NCBI GenBank assembly: GCA_048013815.1
Contig: CM106586.1
Span: 17,546,001-17,610,000 of the forward strand
Direction of reading: 5' to 3'
Source of the DNA: Setoptus koraiensis
Lineage: Eukaryota > Animalia > Arthropoda
Length of the DNA: 64,000 nt
The notes under the pieces are model-generated. The model had not been told where the DNA came from. It did not search any database and was given only the letters and a program-made list of their open reading frames with translations. A program made the position numbers and the translations under genes. Below, piece after piece: positions 1 through 9,292 of the stretch. Each line of letters starts with the position of its first letter. The first letter of the stretch is position 1.

Positions 1-1485
1 CTTGCTGGTCGTATGCGAGCAACAACAGCACAACAGCCTAGTAGCTGTGATAGCATCAACAGGTGAATGATGACTGGCTAACATTGGTTAAAGTGCCAAC
101 ACTTATTGTCGAGCTGAACCTTGAATTGATGCTAGGCTGCAATTGTTCTGCGATCTCTCCGCAGATTTGAATAGGTTCGTTAGTCATTCTGTTAGTGCCA
201 ACCATGAGAATAATAGAAAAAGCTGCGCAACTTGCCAACGCCTCATTATCAGAATGTACATCAGATTGAAGTCATTATCGAACAATGATGAATATGATTA
301 TGATAACTATGATGATGAGCGCGCTTAGAGAGTGATTAACCAACTGGTTGCCATGCTGGCGAGCTATAGATGGCGATTGACCCTTCATGAGCAACCTTTG
401 AATGAATCGAGCGATCCATTCGGGCCCCACTTCATCATTGTTGCATCATCCGCATGCATGCTAGCTCGAGCACAGGTGTATGTCTCAACTTACGTTGCTA
501 CTATTTACACCGGCGGCCAGTAATTACTGTGTGTGTGTGTGTGTTAAAATAATTAACTGCGACTATAGCGAATAATAAATAAGAGATTTTTGTTTATCAG
601 TCGTTGAGTCGTTCGGTGTTGTTGCACGGACAGTAGTAGTTGTTAACTAGTGGCAACAGTGAATGAATAAGTGTCTCACCTGCGAGTCACGAATAGCCGG
701 CCGGCCGGCCGCAAAGTGTTTTTGTCAGTCATTCTTCTGTTTGGCCAACATCATCATGTTTTGATCATCGGCGTTTTTCAAGAAATTACATCATCGCTGT
801 TGTTGTGTGTGTGCTCCATTGAACGGATTTACCAGAGAAAGAGAGAGAGAGAGAGATTCGACCTAAACAGACGCTCCCGATACATTTGATTCATGGCATT
901 TTAAAAAGTCATTAGCGAGAAAGCTCCAAGGCACAAGATGACCTGCCAAACTCATGCCGAAATCACTGGTTATTGCCCGACGATGGTGATTGCCGCCGAG
1001 CGAAGCGTAGTGGTCATATTATCTGCTGCAATTGGCTTTGCTCTCTTTCGCTCGATTCACTCTTATGATTGAGCCGCCAAACCAATAAACAGCACCACCA
1101 CCACCACCACCGAACTACTAATACAACAAGCCAATAAAATGCTATACTAATGAACTAATGGCATCCTCTTACTCACTTACCTGTATTTATCTTGTATTCC
1201 CATCAAAATCATCACGATGACCGCATCATCTTGCAAACGCGCTGCATGCGACGTCCAATGACCACCGCCTCGTATGATAACTTTCGATGATGATTTAAAA
1301 TTGTTCTAAATAACGGTGACATAAACAAGCAGCACAAGGTAGTGACGCATACTACCAGTGACAACGATCAGGATGATGATGCGGAAAAAATCTCTTCTAT
1401 TACATCATGTGTGGACAATCATCATCATGATCACGATGAGCACGACCACCAGCGTCGTTTAGATCTCAATAATAAAAGCACCGCC

Positions 1486-4400
1486 ATGGAAACTGACCTA
1501 GATGAACAACACGACACAATAATTGAGAGTGGGCAACATTATTTTTCCTCCTTAGCGTCAAATCTAGATGACTCAATGCGTGCCAATAACCCCTCAGAAT
1601 GTTCCAGATCTGTGACAATCAACACAATGGACGATTGCTCTGCCACTACCAAATCCACCGTCACTAATTACCGCTCCGATTCCTCAATAGGGGCACCATA
1701 CTCATCGACAGCCACAGGTATCAGTGGCACAAGTAGTCTGAGGCCGACGACAACAAGTTGCGAAAATAACGCCGCCAGTGGAACATTTGCTGCCACTTCT
1801 GATAAAAATCAAAAAATTAAACTGGAACAACAAGTGTCGAACGAGACAAACACTAAACAGGCCACAACAGGCTTCAAGTCGTTGACGTTGCTGAGAAATA
1901 TTGTCAAGCGAGCAAGTTTCAGGCGCTCCTCAACTAGTTCATCGAGCCAGCAGCGACAACAGCAACAATCTAATTTGTCCACCAACGACGAGTCATCTTC
2001 GTTGGTGACAGCATCATCGAGGGATTGTTCCAGATCGATGGCTTCGTTGCAGTTGCCGTCGCCAGAGGAGAAGCTCGTCCAATTGAGTGACCAATTCAAG
2101 CCGAAATTCGTGCCCATTGACGTGGACACAATGTTCATGCGTTGCAATAGTTCTCGGCGCTCACTCCTACATGTAAGATGACGTCTAAATATATCTTGAC
2201 TATCTACCAAATTGCTTTTATTGCTATTGCTGATCATTATCATTGCTAATTAATCTATTCCTTTCAATTCTTTTCTGTTGTCTGACAACAACAGGCCGAT
2301 TTCAAGATTAAGCGATCTAAATCGCAGGCGTCCGATCATTCGTGCAATGACAGGAGTCACAGGAATTCAAGCAGACGACAATCGAAAAGAGACAACAAAA
2401 TTAATTTCGACGATTCAAGGCACCAGCTATCTAGTCACAGGAATAGAGGCAGTCAAGTGGCTTGGCAGACTTTGAACAGATTGAAGATGTCAAAGAGTGA
2501 GCACAGAGTCAATGAAGTGTCTGTGCAGACAGACTTTCAATCAAATGGAAATAATGCAACAATAACAGATAGTGAAAAGAATGTCTCTGATAGTCGAGTG
2601 AAGGAAGACGATAATTCGACAAGAATAGATAGAAATCGTCGTCCTGCTTCAGTTGCCAATTGTAATATCATTGTAAGAGAGCACTCGTCAACACAATATG
2701 ACAACAACGAGAATCAACAGAAACAGCCAAAACAACAACAATTTAACACTGCCGATGCCAACACCAATGAAGGAGAAGCAGACATCAATGATGCAGGCAA
2801 CTCCTCTAGTGGTAATTGGAGCGAATCTAGTCCGACAACGTCAGAGAGCGATCGTATAAAGCGACAACAAAAAATTGACACTATTAATCAAGAGAATGAC
2901 AACAACAACAAAATTGTGATAAAAAATAGCAAAGCATCGGCGACAACTAAAACTATTCACTCATTGCCTGATGATGATCTGGATAAGAGCCAGTCGACAG
3001 GAGGATACAACAATCATGCCAATTATAACAAGGACAAACAAAATACTGATGCTATGTCGTCAGAATTCAATAAAAGGTGCACCAGTGTTCGGACTAACGG
3101 AAAATCGCACCATCACGACATCACTGCCAGTAGACATGGCCACACCAAACACAGTCCAACAAATGTTGGTCATAACACAACAAAGAGAGCGTCGACTAAC
3201 AGCAACAGACAGGCCAATCGTAATGCTAATCAATCACAGCCATCAGGTAGAGGTCCGCAAAGCTATTCAACGAGAGTTTCGCCATCTTCAAAACAACCGA
3301 TACACATCATACCATTGGTGCCTGCGCCGCCCACCGATGATGAGGAGGCCTCATCTGTGTATTCTTGCGACACTGACGGATTTTACACCTCTATGCACAC
3401 TGATTGCGGATTGTACAGGTTGTGCAATGAAACCACCGACGGAATTAATGAGGAAGAGGACGAAAATAGTGAAATCTACAAGGGTATGTTCAACGACATG
3501 ATGGAGGCCAAGCAAGAAGCGCAACAACAAAATCACAACGACAAACAATCGTCACCTGCCATAAGCGGACTTCATACTAATCGTATAGTCAAGAAGACAT
3601 CGCCACCTCATAGGCGCCAGTATGAAGATCATTCTGGCGCTGTTTTGCAAGCCTCGGGCAGCAACATATTGGACAAGGGAAGTCTTGAGATGTATTCGTC
3701 AACTAGTACCCTTGAGGAGAACAAATTTTCACCTGGCGACAATAGTAGCAAGTGTTCGCCTGACAACAGCGCATCAATACAACAGAACGGCAAAAAAGTG
3801 GCAAAACCTCCACCGCCGCCACCGCCACAGAGAAAAGACAGTCTCAGTTCGGATACTCGCGAGGTGCTACTACAAATCTATATGCAAATGAGAAATTTGT
3901 CTCGACTGGATCCGGATCAGATTCGTCTCAATGACAAAATTATCAAAGACGCAATGGATGAGGAACACAAGGTAGCAATGAACACACGAAGATACTCAAC
4001 AGGTTACAATCAATCGTCAGCGCCCAGTTCCATTTATGACAATCACCTAGGCGATCAGCAGGAAAGTATGTCATGTGACACCAATCATGGTGCTAATAAT
4101 CAGCCCGCTCTCAGGAGTTCATCGCAATGCTCATCGAGTTGTGTAGCACCATCCACCATTATGGATTCGCCCTCGCCATCAGCCGGTATAGCCAGCTCGT
4201 CGATGCGATCCGTTATAAACGATCTCAAGCTCAGCTCAATGGAGGCACTCACCTCAATGCCCAGCGACTCAAATGAGAGTCTCATGATGCGCCAACACAA
4301 ACAACATGAAACAAATAGCAGTATTTGTGATGATGATGAGCTCGATAATGATCGATCTCATTATTTGTCATTAAAACCGCAAATAGAAACACAAAATGCA

Positions 4401-6011
4401 ACTAGTGACAAAAACTGTAAGCAATTGCCGACTGCTGCCAATAATTGCAATCTGTCTACACTTAAAAGACGCTCAGCGAAACTGCCGTCAATACTCGATC
4501 AGCGGCCATCTCTTATCATGAGGAAGGATCATGATGTAAGTGACGACAAATCCAACGACAATAATGCACACACAACAGGCATTAAAAAAGGAGAGCATGT
4601 CAAGATCGCCTACAAAGATATTGAGAAGCGCAAAAATACATTGAAGGCAATGCTAAAATCTCTAACGAATCGCACTGTCAGCTTCCGATCAAAGACAATG
4701 AAACAAACACCATTATCCGATGATTTGACTGCAACGCAACACGAAGCACATGAGAAAAACGACGAAGATGAATCATCTAAGCCAACTGAATCTAATCAAA
4801 AAGAACAAGATGCGACAACTACGGCCAAACTGACAGAAGATGAAAAGCCCCCAGAGAAGCAGGTAGAGTCAGTTCATTTGAGAATAGAATCACCGACCGA
4901 AGCTCTAAACGGATTGTCAGAGGAAACAATTGAAAACATCGTTATTGACGTGGACAAAGAGAAAGAAGATGAGAGGGAAGAATCAGTGTTCGATGAAGCC
5001 AAGCTGAACGAATGTAAAATGCGAATGCTTTACCCAATATCGAGGTATCAACCTAACTCGACGCCAAATAAGACATCCCCAGATAGTAGTCAAAATTTTA
5101 GACGTCAGTCCAATGCTAGCCAATATGAGAATGAAATATCTAATGGAGTTAGCCCCGGCGCTGCGCCCACACTTCAATCAAACGATGATGATTTCTGCAA
5201 TTCAAATACAGAGCTTGATCCAATTGATCTATTCAACTCATGGCAAGCCAATAGGAGTGGTCATGGTCGTGATCCTGCTTCAGTTCGGACAAGACTGTCA
5301 TCGGGATCACTTGCCGATTTAGGCTTGGCACGCAATAGAAACAGTTGGTCAGGAGGATCGTCCCCATCGCCTTGTTCGTCATCGCCAACCACTGGGCCCT
5401 CTTCGTCTCCTATGTCACCTCATGTAACGGCAGCCTCTATAATGAAGCAAAGTCCTCTGAATGAATTGCATAGTGATGCAACAGGCTCTAGTGTCGCCAA
5501 ATCAAAACTACAACAATCAAACTTGAATGGTTCAATACCAGATATAGACAATTACATTGATGACGAGGACGACGACAAGGAAGAGCATTGCGTTAATTCA
5601 AATGGCGTTGCTGAACGCGGGGAACGATATAATCAACTATCGTCGGTGGACAGGGACGACACCAACCATCTTACTAATGGCATCGTCAATCTTGCCTTCA
5701 ATTCTAATTTCATCGACGAGGAGGAGGAGGAAGAAGAACAAGAACAACAGCAACAAGTTTCTTGCATCACAAAAGACAATTCCCCATCGTTTCATCAGTC
5801 TAAACAAATAAGAGATTACGCTAGCCTGTCGTTAAAGAATTGCAACTCATTCCAAGGCAATCTAACAAAGAAACCTAATTGTCGCAAAGGGATAAATATC
5901 AATGGTACTAGCATGTTTGCGCCCTCATGCGAACCAATATCCGAAGAGGATCCAGAGGAATCCTCAGATAATAATACTGGTAGTAACAACGGAAACAGAC
6001 AATCGCTTTAG
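1486..6011 (+). CDS. gukh: Nance-Horan syndrome / GUK-holder-like protein; join(1486..2172,2295..6011), 5' end uncertain
   Basis: Exon A contains LPSPEEK...FVPIDVDTMFMRCNSSRRSLLH. Donor GTAAGA at 2173 and acceptor CAG at 2292-2294 are both phase 0, giving RRSLLH|ADFKIKR. The large exon contains the NHS-family motif DTDGFYTSMHTDCGL and a PPPPPPP tract. The frame is open from 1294; ATG 1486 has gccATGG context. An upstream exon is possible. Confidence 0.8.
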
Positions 6012-6355
6012 ATACCATTTTTACTATTGTTATCAAACAAAATAAACTTTTTGTTGAATCAGCTTACACTTGTACCGGTGTCTAGTCACAAACAAACTAT
6101 ATTTCTGTGAAGTTTTCGTGCGGTTTAGAACTCCGAGTTTTCGGATGTTCAAAATACGCGCTCGGTTGAGAGCGCAAGTCTTCGAGAATGTAGCCAAAAA
6201 AATAAAATATCGCTGTATCTCGCCATTTCTGTTTGAGTCCATTTCGAGTCTTCATTATCTGTTTTAAAATATCTATACACCGATTTGCCTTTTGAACCAA
6301 AGAAGTACAAAGTTCATTTCTATTTTGGTTTCTGGTTGCACCCAAAACCGTTGAA

Positions 6356-6794
6356 ATGAGCCAAGCAAAGTCGTCGTTGAAGTTGCTCACCTCGATCAAA
6401 CAAGAAATTTGCACGACGGTGAAGCCGAAAGTAAGTTCGATCAACAACAAATCTCATTGGTCGCTCTTGTTTCATTCAGATTAATTGAGACTCTAGACAT
6501 TAATATGTTACATCTGTCTCATTCCGCTGAAATGCTTAGAAGAGATCTAGCGACGCTTCATTGCGTCACCTATTGGATATTTATCGTCAGAATCAGGTAA
6601 CAGAGAACCGATACTGTCGTCCAGTGGATCATTATAAATATTTTGGAGACACTTATCTAACATATTTACGGAGCACGAGAGAGCAAAATGAGCTTCTCCA
6701 CAAATACTACGAACGCAAAGAAAGGACCGTTGAGGAATCGGCGAGAATAGTAGGTCTGGAACTGCCTCAATCTCGGCCACACTCCAGTGTCTGA
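6356..6794 (+). CDS. FMC1: FMC1 (mitochondrial complex V assembly factor, C7orf55-like); join(6356..6430,6540..6794), 109 aa
   Basis: Exon 1 MSQAKSSLKLLTSIKQEICTTVKPK ends at a GTAAGT donor (6431). Acceptor TAG at 6537-6539, phase 0. Exon 2 LRHLLDIYRQNQVT...TYLTYLRSTR...ERTVEESARIVGLELP matches the FMC1 pattern (TYLCLLRS...ERSVEESAGLVGLKLP). Confidence 0.88.
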
Positions 6795-6922
6795 ACTCGA
6801 ACTCGTATATTTAAAGTCAACCGATTAAACCTAGTTGCTATAGTTAAAAATATGTTACGGCACGGGTGAACGATTCCTAGTCAAAGAACAAAGTAGTCAG
6901 TGATCGATCCCCAAGCTCTGTC

Positions 6923-7236
6923 CGAATAAGTATATATTAGATTATAAACTACGTACTCGTAGAACTCTGGCACAAACTTTAGACCAACACCACATCCGAG
7001 TGTCACCAATGAGAGGACAACCAACCATAGTTCACTGGACAATAAGACAAGTTGAATCGTTATTATCTAGTGTCTATACACTTTTCGTGGCTCGATGATG
7101 ATTTAAACAGTGGCAACTTACGTTTGTATGGGCAACAATGGAACGGGACCGATGAATATTATACCGATAATTTTCAGATTGAACTGTGTGAAAGGGATTT
7201 TCAATCAGTATTCTTTCTCTCTTGCTTATAACCGGT
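6923..7236 (-). pseudogene. SLC18B1 fragment a (exons 6-7 plus intron sequence), paralogous to 28675..29022
   Basis: Aligns by eye to 28675-29022 at roughly 85-90% identity, with a 30-bp in-frame deletion in exon 6. Translates FNLKIIGIIFIGPVPLLPIQT / ELWLVVLSLVTLGCGVGLKFVPEFY. No other exons lie adjacent. Confidence 0.85.
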
Positions 7237-7330
7237 CACATACACCTTCTATCCCGACGATAGGACACGCGAATGTTCTACATGCCCCTCAGCACCTAGA
7301 TCTCCTATCTCCAACGAAAAGAACAATTTT

Positions 7331-7465
7331 CGGATATCCACGTGGATAACCGAGAATTCAAGCGCAGTAGCGATTCGATCCGCATCCAACACACCCTCTT
7401 TTTTCACGATCCAATCCAAACCCGGAGCGGATTGGATTTTTCGCGGATGCCCGGTTGGTGCGGAT
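7331..7465. repeat. Cluster of nested inverted repeats (possible MITE-like relic)
   Basis: Perfect palindrome TATCCACGTGGATA at 7335-7348 within a 22-bp near-palindrome. ATCCAATCC (7409-7417) pairs with GGATTGGAT (7429-7437). ATCCGCATCCAAC (7378-7390) pairs with GTTGGTGCGGAT (7454-7465) with one bulge. Confidence 0.6.
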
Positions 7466-7614
7466 TCGGATACGCATCTTTATTCAATAAACATAAATAT
7501 ATCACAGCTGATTGTGAGGCTCACAAGTGTTATCATTACTATCTATATCTACTCACACTATAACAGTAAATACATCATATACATATACACAGGACATACA
7601 AGCTTCGCTTCACC

Positions 7615-8262
7615 ATGGACGCCATCAAGGGCCTAATACAGCCCAGTGTGGTGAAATTTGACAATCATTTATCTTACGCTATATTTTCACGTTGTCACAA
7701 GTATTCGCCCCAAATAAAACCCATCCTATTGGCTCTAGAATGGTCATGCCACGGACTATTATGGTTAGCTGCCAATATTATATTGCTTGTGTTCAATCAA
7801 CAGAGTTCAATGTTGCCAAAATTATTGATAGGACTCATTATGGACGTCTTCTATGTTGCCACTATCAAGGCTCTGGCTCGTCGTCGGAGACCAGTCTATG
7901 CCTACCAACGAGACCAATATATTGTTGCCAGCGTTGACAAACACTCATTTCCGTCAGGACATTGCACAAGATCTGTTTATGTTGCCTGTTTTATTGCACA
8001 TTATTTTGGACAAACAAGTCCATTTTTGTGTTTCTTTGCCAATGTCTGGGCCACCAGCGTCAGTATGTCACGAATTGTGTTAGGCAGACATCATGTGTTT
8101 GATTGTGTAGCCGGTATACTCATTGGATTCTTGGAATTTTGGCTTCAATTTCACACCTTTTTGCCCATTAACTTCTTCGGAATATTACTCATTAGAGGCC
8201 TGTTCGGATACAAGGCGTTTAATGATACCAACGATTTAGAGGATACCGATCCCACAGACTAG
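7615..8262 (+). CDS. PLPP6: PAP2-family polyisoprenoid diphosphate phosphatase (PLPP6/PPAPDC2-like), 215 aa, intronless
   Basis: All three PAP2 motifs are present: KALARRRRP, SFPSGH, SRIVLGRHHVFD. Several hydrophobic segments. Confidence 0.88.
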   Translation: MDAIKGLIQPSVVKFDNHLSYAIFSRCHKYSPQIKPILLALEWSCHGLLWLAANIILLVFNQQSSMLPKLLIGLIMDVFYVATIKALARRRRPVYAYQRDQYIVASVDKHSFPSGHCTRSVYVACFIAHYFGQTSPFLCFFANVWATSVSMSRIVLGRHHVFDCVAGILIGFLEFWLQFHTFLPINFFGILLIRGLFGYKAFNDTNDLEDTDPTD

Positions 8263-8343
8263 ACCGATTTGTCTGTCTTAAATTAATCTTGTGATCTAAC
8301 ACCAATGCATACTTATTAATGTAAAAACTGTTATAACGTTTAT

Positions 8344-8573
8344 ATACTACGAACGCAAAGAAAGGACCGTTGAGGAATCGGCGAGAATAGTAGGTCTGGA
8401 ACTGCCTCAATCTCGGCCACACTCCAGTGTCTGAACTTGAACTCGTAAATTTAAAGTCAACCGATTAAACCCAATTACTATAGTTAGAAATATATTATGG
8501 CACAGGTGAACGATTCCTAGTCAAAGAACAAGGTAGTCAATGATCGAGCCCCATGCTCTGTCCGAATAAATAT
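8344..8573 (+). pseudogene. Duplicated 3' end of FMC1 (last 91 coding nt plus 3' flank), copy of 6704..6933
   Basis: Ungapped match at offset 1640. The coding part is identical and the flank has 14 mismatches in 139 nt. No upstream ATG in frame (stop at 8297-8299). Confidence 0.9.
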
Positions 8574-8812
8574 GCCTAAAAATGTGAAACTTGAAACAAT
8601 TGCAAGCAAGTCCGGTATGCAACCAACGTCGGCGAAAAGATCAAATAGACCCAATTTGTAACTGCCCTCTGGCGCCCTGTCACCAGTAACAGGTGGATTA
8701 GGCAATAGGAGCATGCTACCTATACTACCGGCCAATAAGAATGAGCCTAACGCAGTAAACGGGAGAGTGTAGCCACCCAATTCGTAGAGGAAGCTACCCA
8801 ACTGTCAGACCT
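8574..8812 (-). pseudogene. SLC18B1 fragment b (part of exon 4), paralogous to 29312..29548
   Basis: About 8 substitutions over about 225 nt relative to 29312-29536. Encodes GSFLYELGGYTLPF...VSSFTFLG, truncated at both ends. Confidence 0.9.
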
Positions 8813-8902
8813 TTATTGTTTCCGATAGCTATGACCGTAATAAAGAGACAATGATCATAGTGAATGGTCATTGGCGTGATACACATAATATATTAGTAGT
8901 TA

Positions 8903-9292
8903 CTAGCTTGAGTTTCTCCTTTTCTCAATTGCACGGAATGCAAAATAAACTATCACTGGCCACGTTATCATAAAAATATTCGTTGTAGTTAAGATATTAA
9001 AATTTTTGTTATTTGACTTCTTGCTTGTGCTGCTGTTAGCCTTATTAAGAGATTTAATTTGTCCCTCCACCAAATCCAGCCGTTTCGTCACCTGTTCCAG
9101 ACTAGTTTGCAATCTTAGCACCGCTACAGCCATCTGATCACTGATATCCTCAGCCACTGAGGAACTGCAATAAATGTCCTCATCCAATATATTGACACCG
9201 CCACTGTTGTTGGACGATTTTCCATTGCTGTCCGATAGTGTTGGCTGCTCCTCTTTGATATCAAACCACGATGTTGGACTGACCGAGGCCAT
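8903..9292 (-). CDS. Small coiled-coil plus C-terminal TM protein resembling the ACBD5/ACBD4 C-terminus (copy 1), 129 aa
   Basis: DQMAVAVLRLQTSLEQVTKRLDLVE coiled coil, then hydrophobic IFMITWPVIVYFAF and a basic tail, as in the ACBD5 tail anchor. AATAAA lies about 86 nt after the stop (8812-8817, minus strand). No acyl-CoA-binding domain found upstream. Confidence 0.65.
   Translation of the reverse strand: MASVSPTSWFDIKEEQPTLSDSNGKSSNNSGGVNILDEDIYCSSSVAEDISDQMAVAVLRLQTSLEQVTKRLDLVEGQIKSLNKANSSTSKKSNNKNFNILTTTNIFMITWPVIVYFAFRAIEKRRNSS

Noticed and set aside
56-328. Short ORFs near the window start as a possible WAVE-homology exon
   Set aside because: Only vague helical similarity; one is on the wrong strand and neither has a convincing motif.
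2278-2475. ORF with RRRPIIRAMTGVTGI resembling NHS RRRKTISGI
   Set aside because: It is out of phase with the donor at 2173. The phase-0 acceptor at 2294 uses the other frame, which runs open to 6011.
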